The notes under the pieces: model-generated | Database searches by the model: none | Seen by the model: the letters and a program-made list of their open reading frames with translations, nothing else | What the model was told of the DNA's origin: nothing | Shown here: piece by piece, positions 10,966 to 22,626 of the stretch | Layout: each line of letters begins with the position of its first letter | Position numbering within the stretch: position 1 is the first letter of the stretch | DNA from: an uncultured Nitrososphaeraceae archaeon | Lineage (GTDB): Archaea > Thermoproteota > Nitrososphaeria > Nitrososphaerales > Nitrososphaeraceae | Assembly (NCBI GenBank): GCA_963837175.1 | Contig: CAWIMJ010000050.1 | Location: 128,001 to 192,000 of the forward strand | Direction of reading: 5' to 3' | DNA length: 64,000 bases | Position numbers and translations under genes: made by a program

Positions 10966-12645
10966 GTGCAACATAAACCATATTCTAAGATTACAAGTGC
11001 TATAGTTACGAGTGCTCTTCCGTATGCTAATGGCGAAATTCATCTCGGCCATATTGCATCTACCTACTTGCCGGCGGATATTTTTGCAAGATATTCAAGA
11101 CTTAATGGAAGAGAGATATACCATGTTTGTGCCTCTGATGATTTTGGAACTCCGGTGTTAATCAAAGCTGAAAAAGAGAATAAAACACCTTCTGAATACG
11201 TCGATGCTTGGAACAAGCGAGATTATGCTGATTTTAATTTGCTGGGAATCTCCTTTGATATTTTTTCCAAAACAAGTTCAAAAGAAAATATAGAATTTGT
11301 CCAATATGTATTCAAGAAACTCAATGATAAGGGTCATATTTACAAAGAGGATGTAATTCAGTTCTATTGCCCATTTGACAATAAATTTTTGCCAGATAGA
11401 TATGTCATGGGAAAATGTCCCACTTGCGGGGCAGAAAATCAATATTCTGATCTGTGCGAAAAATGTGGTCGTGTTCCATCCCAGATATTAGATCCTGTGT
11501 GTGGTATATGCGGAAGATCCCCAATTAAAAAGAGTAGTACGCATTACTTCTTTAAACTTTCGAACTTCTCCAACCAACTCAAACTATGGTTGATAAACAA
11601 TAAGAATCTTCAGCGTGATGTTGCTAACTACGTAATGAATTGGATTGAGGAAGGACTTAAAGACTGGGATATAACTAGAGATTTATCGTGGGGTGTGAGG
11701 ATACCTTTATCTGAAGCAAAAGGAAAAGTGTTCTATGGATGGTTCGATAATCATCTTTGTTACATTTCTACTTTCTTAACTTTTTTTAAAAGTTCAGGGC
11801 GGAAAGACAAAGAGTTTTGGAATAACTCAGAAATCTATCACTTTATAGGTAAGGATATAATTTATCATCATTATCTATTTTTGCCTGCGATGCGTATGGG
11901 ATTAGATGAGGAGTACAAACTCCCTGATTATCTGCCCACCAGAGGACATTTGATGCTTGACAGTCAAAAAATCTCTAAGAGTAAAAATTGGTATATTGGT
12001 TTAAGGGAGTTTATAACTGCATTTAATCCAGACTATTTGAGATTTTATATAGCATCAATAACACCTTACTCGCAATCAGATATAAATTTTGATTGGAATT
12101 CATTCTTGGAAAAAATCAATAATGAACTCATAGCAAATATTGGGAATTTTGTTAATCGAACATTAACATTTATTCAGAAAAAGTTTAATGGTAAAGTTCC
12201 AGAGCCGATCAGCTATGACATAGAGGATCTGTCAAGTATAGAGGAGATCAAGGATATATCTACCGAAGTTGGTTCTCTGTTATCCCACAATGAATGTGAT
12301 AAGGCATTGAAGCACATTCTGAAATTTACTACTCATTTTAATCAATATTTTCAGAAAAAACAGCCATGGGCTAATATCAATCAGGCTGCAACCACAATGT
12401 ATATTGCCGTAAACGCGGTCAGGTCTATTGCTATTATGCTCGAGCCCTTTATTCCCTTTTCTAGCGAGAAAATTTGGTCCCAATTAGCTATTTCTGGAAC
12501 TGTGCATCATCAACAATGGCAATCTGTATCAGAATTGAAAATTCCTGCTGGTCATACTATCGGAACTATTGAAGCTCTTTTTCGTAAAATTGAACTCACT
12601 GAGATTGAAGAACAAAGAGCAAAATTAGGAAAAAGGAATGAATGA
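10966..12645 (+). CDS. metG: Methionine--tRNA ligase
   Basis: ALPYANG, HLGH, Zn-knuckle cysteines, DWDITRD, FIGKDI and KISKS. Confidence 0.96.
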   Translation: MQHKPYSKITSAIVTSALPYANGEIHLGHIASTYLPADIFARYSRLNGREIYHVCASDDFGTPVLIKAEKENKTPSEYVDAWNKRDYADFNLLGISFDIFSKTSSKENIEFVQYVFKKLNDKGHIYKEDVIQFYCPFDNKFLPDRYVMGKCPTCGAENQYSDLCEKCGRVPSQILDPVCGICGRSPIKKSSTHYFFKLSNFSNQLKLWLINNKNLQRDVANYVMNWIEEGLKDWDITRDLSWGVRIPLSEAKGKVFYGWFDNHLCYISTFLTFFKSSGRKDKEFWNNSEIYHFIGKDIIYHHYLFLPAMRMGLDEEYKLPDYLPTRGHLMLDSQKISKSKNWYIGLREFITAFNPDYLRFYIASITPYSQSDINFDWNSFLEKINNELIANIGNFVNRTLTFIQKKFNGKVPEPISYDIEDLSSIEEIKDISTEVGSLLSHNECDKALKHILKFTTHFNQYFQKKQPWANINQAATTMYIAVNAVRSIAIMLEPFIPFSSEKIWSQLAISGTVHHQQWQSVSELKIPAGHTIGTIEALFRKIELTEIEEQRAKLGKRNE

Positions 12646-13180
12646 GAAACTAATACGTGGAATAATGGTAGGTCGTTTTCAACCCTTTCATAAAGGACAT
12701 CTTTCTCTTGTGAAGCAAATACTGGGAGATTGCGATGAATTAATAATTGCTATAGGAAGTGCACAATATAACTACATCTTTCAGGATCCATTTACTGCCG
12801 GCGAGAGAATGTCAATGATTCACAGGGCACTAACAGAAGCAAGGATCGATCTTACAAAGTGTTATATTGTACCGATTATCAACGATGAAAATAATGCACG
12901 ATGGCTTGCTCATTTGAGATCGATGGTTCCTCATTTTGATATCTTATTTTCTGGCAACCAATTTGTTAGGACGCTTGTTGCAGAAGGTGTTAAAATTAAG
13001 AAGCCGGAATTCATAGCAAAAAAGTACTACAATGGAACTTATATACGGAAAACAATAGCGGAAAAAGACAATTGGAGGAGCTTAGTTCCTAATGGAGTTT
13101 CTGAAATAATTGAAGAAATAGGAGGAGTGGCAAGGATTAAGATGCTATTACATTCTGATAGCAATCCACAAAGATGGTAA
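12638..13180 (+). CDS. nadM: Nicotinamide-nucleotide adenylyltransferase (archaeal NadM type)
   Basis: GRFQPFHKGH, IGSAQ, PFTAGER and GTYIR. Confidence 0.93.
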   Translation: MNEKLIRGIMVGRFQPFHKGHLSLVKQILGDCDELIIAIGSAQYNYIFQDPFTAGERMSMIHRALTEARIDLTKCYIVPIINDENNARWLAHLRSMVPHFDILFSGNQFVRTLVAEGVKIKKPEFIAKKYYNGTYIRKTIAEKDNWRSLVPNGVSEIIEEIGGVARIKMLLHSDSNPQRW

Positions 13181-13311
13181 ATTTTAGTAGACAGCACAGA
13201 TCTTGTCCTATTTGTCCTTACTGTGGCTCGAAAAAATTCAAGGTTTTGGATCGTCTTCAGGAAAATATAATTTTAGAGTGTTTGAAGTGCACTAAAAGGA
13301 TCTGTATTTGA
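13174..13311 (+). CDS. Micro zinc-ribbon protein (45 aa), not in the ORF track
   Basis: Hand translation MVNFSRQHRSCPICPYCGSKKFKVLDRLQENIILECLKCTKRICI*; start overlaps the nadM stop. Confidence 0.55.
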   Translation: MVNFSRQHRSCPICPYCGSKKFKVLDRLQENIILECLKCTKRICI

Positions 13312-13460
13312 TATGGATAACTTCTGATTTATTACTCGAATTATTAAGCCTCCTAATCAATATACTAATAACAAAATTTATTCTTGAGTATCTTATTTAG
13401 GATGGTAACATCATAATAAATAGCGTCAAGTTTGCACATATTTGGGATCTAGTTTTAGAC

Positions 13461-14504
13461 ATGATAGCGCATATATATACCAATTTCTCACTCATGCTTA
13501 TGCCTGCTAAAACATGGCTGGACAAGGAAGTTAATCTTCGTTCAATTAAGGATGAAACTATTGCAGTGATAGGTTATGGTATTCAGGGTCGAGCACAGGC
13601 CAATAATATGAAGGAATCTGGTCTAAACATAATAGTTGGTTTAAGAAAGGATGGAAATTCATGGAAAATGGCACAGAAGGACGCCCATAAAGTAATGGAG
13701 ATTGGCAAGGCCGCAAATGAGGCAGACATTATTCACATCTTAATCCCAGATATGGAACAAGCTGATATATATAGAAGAGAGATAATGCCCTATCTTATAG
13801 AAAACAAAGCACTAAGCTTCTCACATGGTGCTGCTATTCACTGGAAGTGGATAGAACCACCAAAGAATATTGACGTCATTATGGTGGCTCCTAAAGGACC
13901 AGGGCAACGGGTGCGCGAGTTATATTCTGAGGGTTTTGGTACGCCGTCACTAGTAGCTGTATTCCAGGATTATACGAAGACGGCATGGAATAGAGTATTG
14001 GCAATGGCTAAAGGCATTGGTAGCACAAGACCAGGAGTTATTCAAACAACTTTTAAAGAAGAAGTCGAGACCGATTGGTTTGGAGAACAGGTTGACCTTT
14101 GTGGGGGTACTCACGCGTTGGTCATGCATGCATTTGAAACCCTAGTTGAGGCAGGCTATCAACCAGAAGTTGCATATTTTGAGTGTCTGCACGAATTAAA
14201 ATTAATTGTCGATCTGATTCATAAGTATGGCATTACCGGAATGTATAACCGTGTTAGTGAGACTGCCAGATATGGTGGATTGACTAGAGGGCCGAAGATA
14301 ATCGATAAAGATTCAAAATTAAAAATGACAAACTTTCTTAAAGATATTCAATCTGGAGAATTTGCAAAAGAGTGGGTAGGAATCTATAGGAAAGAGGGTA
14401 AAGATTCATTTACTCGATATATGAAAGAGATTGAAGAGCATCCTATAGAAAGAATAGGAAAGGGTATACGTAAAATGATGTGGCCAAATGAATCCGAATT
14501 TTGA
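13461..14504 (+). CDS. ilvC: Ketol-acid reductoisomerase
   Basis: VIGYGIQG, FSHG, MVAPKGPG, ETDWFGEQ and SETARYG; true start probably ~13500. Confidence 0.97.
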   Translation: MIAHIYTNFSLMLMPAKTWLDKEVNLRSIKDETIAVIGYGIQGRAQANNMKESGLNIIVGLRKDGNSWKMAQKDAHKVMEIGKAANEADIIHILIPDMEQADIYRREIMPYLIENKALSFSHGAAIHWKWIEPPKNIDVIMVAPKGPGQRVRELYSEGFGTPSLVAVFQDYTKTAWNRVLAMAKGIGSTRPGVIQTTFKEEVETDWFGEQVDLCGGTHALVMHAFETLVEAGYQPEVAYFECLHELKLIVDLIHKYGITGMYNRVSETARYGGLTRGPKIIDKDSKLKMTNFLKDIQSGEFAKEWVGIYRKEGKDSFTRYMKEIEEHPIERIGKGIRKMMWPNESEF

Positions 14505-14949
14505 TGGAAACATTCTATGTAGCGTAGGTTCGGCTTAGACATAAAGTTTCTTTGAATATGGTCTAACCACTGCCCAACATTCGAGTTCAATTTTATACCT
14601 CTGAATCCAGAAACAAGAAAAATATCAAAAACCAAATCTAATAAAATACTTATGAATGGGAAAAGCAAGCAAGTGACAAAAAAGGACTTATATTCGTAAA
14701 TCCATAGAATCGATGTATTCTAATATCGCTATCCTTAACTTTTAAATAAGTAGGCATATTTTAAACAGTTTTTACTATTGATGCAAAGTGATAGAAGGAG
14801 TACCTAATTAAAAGGCAGATTCAATGGTTGAAATAAACACGGGGATACACATTCATAGGATATCGCAATGATAGTGACCAACAAAATGAGAGTTCTGATA
14901 AAGCTTGAGTATAATGATATAATTGATTTTGTTGTAAGGTGACAAATGT

Positions 14950-16441
14950 TCAAGAATTTCTTTCTGTCTTATAAAAGAGCCCCCTCTTTTCTAAAGAAAC
15001 CTCTTAAACTTCCGATCACAAAAGCAGGCATTGTACATAAATTTAAAAATAGTAAAGATAGTGAGTCTTTCATATCGTAATTTCTTATATGGCTACAAAG
15101 AGGCATTGCCAGAAGACTAGTTCCAATAATAGCTAAGATGTTAGCAATTTGTATAAATAACGTTAGATTCAATAGATTATTGTTTCTGATGAATTCTATT
15201 CCACTACTCATTAGTATGGTGCAATCCATAATGATCAAAGCAAACAGGGGAATGAACTTTGCATATTGTCCTCCTATAAAGAAGAACTCTATTTTATCGA
15301 TTAATCTTATTTTACTAGTCAATATCTTTATGAGATTTCTTCTAAATGCTCTGGTATGACCTTCACTTACTCTCATTCTTTGTCTGAAATATGGTTCAAG
15401 TTCGGTTGATGCTTCACAATATGATACAAGTAACGGGTCAAAAATTACTTTCTTACTATTTCTATTTCTCCAACAATTGAAATTTGCTTCATCGCCATCT
15501 GAGGACGTCATATTAGATTGAAAGTATATATCCAATGTTAATTCCCAATCTTCACACAGATCATTTGAAAAGCCAAACTGTTTAATTAAGTCTGATCTTA
15601 TCATAAAGAGACTGCCGGTGATCTGAACAGGCAAATTAATGCGATCCTTAGCCAGAAATTCTATTTTATTTCTTTGTGCGAGTCTGAACTCAATTCCTCT
15701 GGCGACCCAGTTACTAGTACGAAAATCTAAGACGGCATTACTATTATTAAAAACGGTTGATATTGGATAGCCTTGTATAGCATCTATGTGATTCCCATTC
15801 GAATTATATTTAGAGAAATATGTTACAAATCTTTCCAATGTGTCATTTACAAGTATACTGTCTGCATCTACAACAAAAACATACGAACTCTTAATACTTA
15901 AATTTTTGAGAGCCAGATTAAGAGCGCCTCCTTTCCATCCGGTCCGCTCATTTCTATGTATGAGTTTAAGATTTGAAATTTGTAGTTTCCACTTTTTTAG
16001 AACATCAAAAGTATTATCTTCTGAATCGTCAACCACGATAATCTCAAACTTATCACTATTATATGTTAATACAGCGCATGATCTCATTAAACGATCTATT
16101 ACCAAACGTTCATTGTATGTTGCAACTAATATAGAAATAAAAGGAGAGTCAAATCCCTTGATCCTTATGCTCGTTGTTTTCTCATTAACGGAGTTGTTCA
16201 TGTGTAAATAGCTTACATTAAAATTTATTGTATTATTATTCAAATTTATGCCTCTGTTAAGGCGGTTGTCTATTGAGGCAGAGACAGACGAGGAGTTATA
16301 TAAATTATAAGAGGATCGCCTTTTTTTCTGTAACTCTCTTATAGCAGTAAAAGAAAATAATAATGACCTGATTGAATAAGCAGATAGGAATAATGATAGA
16401 ATCAATAAAAATGCTGTTACAATGACAGGAATCATTCTCAC
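14950..16441 (-). CDS. Membrane GT2 glycosyltransferase (cellulose-synthase-like); probable terminal frameshift in a G5 run
   Basis: TYNE, DDS, KGGALN, DAD, EDW and QRMRV (QxxRW variant), flanking TM helices; removing one G near 14980 gives the C-terminus EGLFYKTERNS*. Confidence 0.88.
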
Positions 16442-17193
16442 TATTTATATCATTATATAGCTTATAAAACATTGAAAGAATCTGATAGAAATACAATAAT
16501 AAGATCTCACAAATAAGGCAGAATATATTCATGTTATTTAGTTAGTGATTTCAAACGATATTATTCACTCTAATGGCTCTATATAATTTGTTAATTGGTT
16601 CATTTTATTTGTAGCTTGTCAGCCTTAAGAACACTTTGAAGCGATCATCGATGATTTAGTTATAATACTTCCATAATCCAAGTATTCAAAACTGATGGTT
16701 TCAATTGTCTCCTCAGCAGCGAATAGCAGTGTCAGTTATTAATCAGTAGCAGGTGTATTAGGGTTATCGTTATTTGAAGAAAATGAGTTTTAGAAGGTGT
16801 TGTCATTTTTATTGTATTATACTCCAACAATATCTTAAAGATAATTACAAGTATAAAACACATATAACTCCTCTTGATTATTAATAAAAGAATTAATTAT
16901 TTAATTTCATAATGAACTCTCGATGTATATAATTTCAAAAGGATGATCGAATTTCTCCAGTTCTCAAACTAATTTTGAATTTTAATATTTAGATATACTT
17001 GATATTAGAGTAGTTTTATTCTATAGAATGTTTATGAATCTAGGTCAATTTCATCGAAGTTATAGTTTCCCTTTAAACGAGCCATTAATAACACTAATAT
17101 CGAAAACATTTTCAGACGGTTATTATTATAAGACAGTTATCATCAGAGTTCGATCCTACAAACTGGTAGGTATATAAGAAAATATTAAAAGAC

Positions 17194-17457
17194 ATGAGAA
17201 ACGAAAATAAAAAGAAAAAAGAAGGAGAGAAAATAAAATCTAATAAAGAGAATTATAAGAACAGAAGATGGGATGCAGTAGTAGTAGGAATTGGAATGTC
17301 CACTGCATTTGTTATAGTACTTATGAAACTAACCGGGTATTGGCCTTGTGAAATTCTCTCTCTACGAATTGAGGAGATATCATGTGATAAGTCTATTCAG
17401 GATAACATGGCTTCTATAGTAAATTGGCTGCAGAACGGTCTCTTTCACCATTTCTGA
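17194..17457 (+). CDS. Small single-pass membrane protein
   Basis: Lys-rich N-terminus followed by a hydrophobic helix; 3' end overlaps the ATP-grasp gene. Confidence 0.5.
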   Translation: MRNENKKKKEGEKIKSNKENYKNRRWDAVVVGIGMSTAFVIVLMKLTGYWPCEILSLRIEEISCDKSIQDNMASIVNWLQNGLFHHF

Positions 17458-18382
17458 GCACAATTTCTTCAAAGTATCGAATTATTGTAATTTCGGAGAT
17501 AGAGGGCTTCACAATATCTTTTCCATTTATCATGTCAATAATCATTGCAGGAAAATTCGCCCCGGCCAACGTTGTAAATATCGTTCCACCTCCTAACCTC
17601 GGATTTATTTCAATTATCTTAAGAATGCCTTCTGCTGACTCCTTCATCTGAATACAGCATGGACCTCTAATACCTACATGTTTTGCAATATTCATACATT
17701 CTGTTTCAGTATTTTGGTCATTTACGATTCTTCCTTTGGTAGATACACCCGCCTTAGTTTGTATCCGTAGTCTAGGTACGGCCATTATTGGTTCTTTATT
17801 CATATCAGACAATACATCTATTGTATATTCTTTACCAGGAAGATATTCTTGAAATATCATATCATGAAACTTTGAGGTTACATATCTCAGATCCACTTCA
17901 TCTTCAATTTTGATAACATTTCTACTACCTTTTCCGTATCGTGGTTTTGCAATTATGGGAAATGCTCTAATCCTCTCTGGTTGCATAGTCGTAAAGGGAT
18001 GTTCAAAATTATTGGAAATAGTCTCAAAAGTCAACATCTTGTCACGACAAATTTCAAGACTATCTCTATCGCTTACTATTGCGTGCGCTCCTATCTCTGC
18101 TAATTTCTTACGATTTTCACTATATGGATAAATATCGAAGCCTGAAGTAGGCAAAAGAACTTCTACGTTATGTTTTATTACGATTTTTAACAGTCTATCC
18201 ACAAAAGAGTCGTTCTCCGCTTCAGGAACCTCTTCACTAGCATTAGCCATGAAGAATCCAGCTGACAAAGGGCTTGAATCTGTAGCAACAATTTTACCCC
18301 TATAGTTAGCCATCTTTAAAGACTTTATTGAGTTTATACCTGCAGGGCCGGAGGCCCCTGGAATGAGAACAACTGATATCAT
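17414..18382 (-). CDS. ATP-grasp protein (carbamoyl-phosphate-synthase-like, standalone)
   Basis: CRDK, IAKPRYGKGS, FQEYLPGKEYTID and IEINPRLGGG. Confidence 0.9.
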   Translation of the reverse strand: MISVVLIPGASGPAGINSIKSLKMANYRGKIVATDSSPLSAGFFMANASEEVPEAENDSFVDRLLKIVIKHNVEVLLPTSGFDIYPYSENRKKLAEIGAHAIVSDRDSLEICRDKMLTFETISNNFEHPFTTMQPERIRAFPIIAKPRYGKGSRNVIKIEDEVDLRYVTSKFHDMIFQEYLPGKEYTIDVLSDMNKEPIMAVPRLRIQTKAGVSTKGRIVNDQNTETECMNIAKHVGIRGPCCIQMKESAEGILKIIEINPRLGGGTIFTTLAGANFPAMIIDMINGKDIVKPSISEITIIRYFEEIVLRNGERDRSAANLL

Positions 18383-18502
18383 TAACTTACGTAAAATACA
18401 TTATCAATACTTATATTCGTTATAATTAAATTACTTTTAAACATTTACTTCTTTAAATCACAAAGTTGAAATTTCGCTAATGGAAAATTCAATTGTATAC
18501 TT

Positions 18503-19126
18503 TTGAACCTCAAAGAAGATTATCATGTACACTGCAATTATAACGATCATTCTGCACGTGATCTAACAATCAAAAATGTCATAAGACAGGCCGAAGCAAT
18601 TGGCTTAGAAACTCTCGCTTTTACTGAGCACGTAAGGAAAAATTCAGAATGGATACCTAAGTACCTTAAAGAGTTAGAGTTTTACGATAATAATTCTCCA
18701 ATAAGGATCCTTCACGGATTTGAAGCCAAGATTCTTGAGGATGGCTCAATAGATTGCCCGGAACAATATAGTAGAGATTATTTCATTATTGCTAGTTTTC
18801 ATACCAAATATAATAGCAAAGAAATTTGGGTAAACGCACTCAAGAAAGCTATTGAAAATCCCGATGTCGATGTAATAGGACATATCGCACCAGAATACTC
18901 ATTTGCACTTGAGAGCAGAGAAGTCGATCAGTTGGCTTCTCTGATGGTAAAAAATAAAAAAATCGTCGAACTTAATGCTAAATATCATAGACCACCTGGT
19001 GATTGGGTAGTTATATTTAAGAAAAGAGGTGTTACATTACATCTTGGAAGCGATGCCCATTGCTTGGAAGCGATAGGACAGTATCAAAAAATTTCAGATC
19101 TTATTTCCCTTGCTGATTCCTCTTAG
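18503..19126 (+). CDS. PHP-family metal-dependent phosphoesterase
   Basis: HVH, FTEH, GFE, GH, ELN and GSDAH motifs. Confidence 0.9.
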   Translation: MNLKEDYHVHCNYNDHSARDLTIKNVIRQAEAIGLETLAFTEHVRKNSEWIPKYLKELEFYDNNSPIRILHGFEAKILEDGSIDCPEQYSRDYFIIASFHTKYNSKEIWVNALKKAIENPDVDVIGHIAPEYSFALESREVDQLASLMVKNKKIVELNAKYHRPPGDWVVIFKKRGVTLHLGSDAHCLEAIGQYQKISDLISLADSS

Positions 19127-20182
19127 ATTTCTGTCCTTGAAATTAAGAATGAATTAGCTTAGTCTATAATATACTTTAGGTTCCATTTATTTTTTAATGC
19201 ATAAAAGGTGATAATTTTAAACACATTATTCAGTGCTATATTGGCATTATTTTTCTTTCTCTTTTAGAGAAAATTTTTTTTCCATTTGTAGATGATGAAA
19301 TGATATGTGTAAAATTTAGAGAAGTGAAGATGATATCAATAGTATCATGCACGATCGATCTTAATATACTAGGATATTTCTCCATTTATTTCTCTGCTAA
19401 AGAACGTAGAGATTGTTCTATTACTCAAAATAAATGTTCATTTTTAATGAGGCATGAAATCGATGGATTAACTATCTTTTATCTATCTGTGTTTAGTTAT
19501 TTACATCGTTATTTACATCCAAATCTAAAGAATCCCGATCTAAAGGTAATGATTATTCATCTATTAAAACACATGTGTTTGTCAATATGTATCTAATAAT
19601 TTTTCTTTTTTCTCTTGCAGAAAATTTTTATTCATACTGCTAAACTCATTTCGATGAAAAGTAGGGTGCATATCATGACAATATCCTCTCTGTACAAATA
19701 TGATGATGTCTCTCTGCTAAATTACGATAATGAAAGACGAACAAAGTATAAATCCATAATCAATATTTTTCAAGATCTCGTCTATCTTATTTCATATTCA
19801 AGCGCCTATCAATTATCATGATCATAGGCTGAGAATTAATTTGCTACAATATCATCTGGATAAGAGATTTCTAGTGCAATAATATATTTTCACGCAAGTC
19901 CATTTTGTTCAGGCGTTTTTTATAAGCTATGGTAATATTCTCTATAGTTGAACAGAGCTTACTCTTATCTGACTGCCTATGATTTCTTTCAATATTTCAG
20001 TATTGCGAATATGAACTGTTTCAACTTGAATCGAATCAATATGAGCAAATACGGAAGAGTTAGGCATCGTATCTAAAATTTACGACTCTGGTTTATCTCT
20101 TGTTTTGCTCTAAATTTGGGAACTACTGAAACACTGTTCATTGATTTTTTGTATAACGCCGTGAATATCTAACTATCTAAAA

Positions 20183-21583
20183 TTAAAATTTTCTCGCTTT
20201 TGGATTCAGAATAGAATCAAGCGTATTACCTATAAGTACAAAAGAAAGTCCTGTAAGGGCAATCATGAATCCGGGAGGCATTATCCACCACCATAAACCT
20301 CGAGAAACTGCTCCAGCTGAATTTGCTTCATGGAGAATTTGTCCCCAAGTAGGAATAGTAGGATCTCCTAATCCCAAGAAACTTAGAGCTGCTTCTCCCA
20401 GAATAGCCCCAGGAACTGAGATGGCAATACTCGCAAATGTTAAAGGAAGAAGTTGTGGGATTATATGTTTGAATATTATTTTTATATCAGATTGCCCCAT
20501 TAATTTCGCTGCTTCGACATATTGTAAATTCTTTATTTGCATGGCAAGACTCCTTGTAACTTTTGCTGTACCAGCCCAGCCAAAAATTACTAAAAAGCCA
20601 GTAATGAGAAATATACTTCGACCAATAGTAACAGACATTATAACAAGGAGAGGAAGGGCTGGTAGCGTATAAAAAATATCATTAATTCGCATTAGTCCTT
20701 CATCTGTTCGATTTCCTTTGTATCCAGCCATAACTCCGTAAATCAATCCTATAACTACAGATCCTATCGACACACTCAACCCAATGAATAGTGCTACGGG
20801 CGCTCCCCATAGAATGCCTATTGCCAGATCCCGGCGTAATTCATCAGTACCCATTAATCCATAAACTCTTCCTCCAAGAATTAATCCAGATTCTTGGACA
20901 GTATCAGAATCGTTAAAAAGGTAAAATGTTTCTTTGACAATATATTTTCCCTTCAATACTTTGTTTTCTTCAACGTCTGAAAATATCATCACCTGTGGTT
21001 TTGATATATCCTGAGGATATCTAAAAGAGTCTCCTATTTGTCGAAGATATTCACTTATGATTGGATCCGTAGAAAATATTCTGGATGAGAATTGGTTTTC
21101 ATTGCTCTTTACTAAAGATGAAGGTAAGGAGGAATAGTAAATTTTAAACTGCTCTCCATCTGGTCTTATTATGTCCACCTGCAATACTGGAGGTATCTGA
21201 CCATATTGTACAGAGTATGGAATTATGAAGTCACTTGGGTAAGAATCGTATGAGAAATCTATCGTGTAGGAATGAATTTCAGTTTGTATATTATCAGCGA
21301 TTACTATCTTTGTTATTGACGCATCATCTAAAGTCATGATAAGATGTTCAAAGACTTTAGGAGCAAATATTCCCGCGTTTGTCCATTGAGGCGCTGCTGC
21401 TTTAGGATAATTAATCCAATAGTCTGGATTATTCCATTGTCTAAATGATTCCAATGGGACTGCTAGAATTGCATACAACGAAATTATAATCAGTGACAGC
21501 AAAATGATAAGACCTACTATTCCACTTTTAGATCGACGGAATTCTGTTAAGAAAGCAGAACGAGGAACTATTTGGTTAGTCAT
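20183..21583 (-). CDS. dppC: Peptide/nickel ABC transporter permease (DppC/OppC)
   Basis: MGTDELRRD, EAAKLMG EAA loop, HIIPQ and LSFLGLG. Confidence 0.92.
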   Translation of the reverse strand: MTNQIVPRSAFLTEFRRSKSGIVGLIILLSLIIISLYAILAVPLESFRQWNNPDYWINYPKAAAPQWTNAGIFAPKVFEHLIMTLDDASITKIVIADNIQTEIHSYTIDFSYDSYPSDFIIPYSVQYGQIPPVLQVDIIRPDGEQFKIYYSSLPSSLVKSNENQFSSRIFSTDPIISEYLRQIGDSFRYPQDISKPQVMIFSDVEENKVLKGKYIVKETFYLFNDSDTVQESGLILGGRVYGLMGTDELRRDLAIGILWGAPVALFIGLSVSIGSVVIGLIYGVMAGYKGNRTDEGLMRINDIFYTLPALPLLVIMSVTIGRSIFLITGFLVIFGWAGTAKVTRSLAMQIKNLQYVEAAKLMGQSDIKIIFKHIIPQLLPLTFASIAISVPGAILGEAALSFLGLGDPTIPTWGQILHEANSAGAVSRGLWWWIMPPGFMIALTGLSFVLIGNTLDSILNPKARKF

Positions 21584-22626
21584 CTTGCTTTTATCCTTGG
21601 ATCAAAGAATACATAGAAGAGATCTGTAATGAATATCGCAACAACAAAAATTAAGGTCGAGACATATGTAAGACCAATAATAATAGGGACATCCGAGAGT
21701 CCTATCGCGTCATAATACAACTTACCTATTCCAGGCCAATCAAAAACTGCCTCAACTGTTATTGCTCCTCCAAAGGAAGTCGCCAAACTTAGTGCTATGA
21801 TAGTTACAATTGGCGGGGCTGCGTTTTTTAAAGCATGTGAATATAGAATTTTCCGCTTGGATATTCCTATGGCCCTTTTAGATACTATATAATCTTCGCT
21901 TAAAAACCTCTCGACAAAATATCTAACTATATATGCCCATGATCCAAAACCTACCAGAATTAGGGTCATAAAAGGCAATATCATATGGTATAGTAAATCC
22001 GAAATATAAGAGACATCGGAGGGTGAAGTGAGGGGAGTAGACCGGGAAGGAAAAATATGGAATACAAACGCAAATGCGTATATCATTAACATACCTATCC
22101 ACCAAATTGGGAAGCTTGTGCTAAATACCGCAAGTGCAGAATTCGTTCTATCCCAAATGGATCCAGCCTTGCTTGCTACAAATGCACCAAGAAATAGTCC
22201 GATAATTGTTATAACTATTGTTGATGTAGTGAACAATAATAAAGTCTTAGGGATCCTTTCTATTATGATATCGCGTACACTCGAGGAGCCTGAATCAGTA
22301 GTAAAAAAATGAGAATTTCCCAGATCTAATATCGCTACCTTAAATAAAGTATTTAAAAATCGTGTAGGTGAATACCACGGCTCATTTAGGCCTAACGTTT
22401 TGTATTCAAAATCTTTTTGTACGTCTATATATTTTTGCCGGTCTTGGACGCTTTCAAATTTTATATCGCCTTTATTTACTTGATCAAGAACATTTACATT
22501 CACTGAATTTTTCAAAACTTTGTCCATGGTGTCGCCTAACAAACCTATCGTCATAACTAATGTTACAAAGAGAACTATCATCATATTCATTGATCTCTTT
22601 AACAGATAATGAAGAAAGCCTCCCAA
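21580..22626 (-). CDS. dppB: Peptide/nickel ABC transporter permease (DppB/OppB)
   Basis: DLGNS, ERIPKTL, HALKNA and EAVFDWPGIG. Confidence 0.92.
   Translation of the reverse strand: MGGFLHYLLKRSMNMMIVLFVTLVMTIGLLGDTMDKVLKNSVNVNVLDQVNKGDIKFESVQDRQKYIDVQKDFEYKTLGLNEPWYSPTRFLNTLFKVAILDLGNSHFFTTDSGSSSVRDIIIERIPKTLLLFTTSTIVITIIGLFLGAFVASKAGSIWDRTNSALAVFSTSFPIWWIGMLMIYAFAFVFHIFPSRSTPLTSPSDVSYISDLLYHMILPFMTLILVGFGSWAYIVRYFVERFLSEDYIVSKRAIGISKRKILYSHALKNAAPPIVTIIALSLATSFGGAITVEAVFDWPGIGKLYYDAIGLSDVPIIIGLTYVSTLIFVVAIFITDLFYVFFDPRIKAR

Noticed and set aside
17146-17160. GTTCGATCC T-loop-like string
   Set aside because: No T stem, acceptor stem or anticodon arm around it
19300-20160. ORFs 19300..19596 and 19615..19821 and nearby fragments
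   Set aside because: AT-rich composition with no recognisable motifs; may be decayed DNA but nothing identifiable
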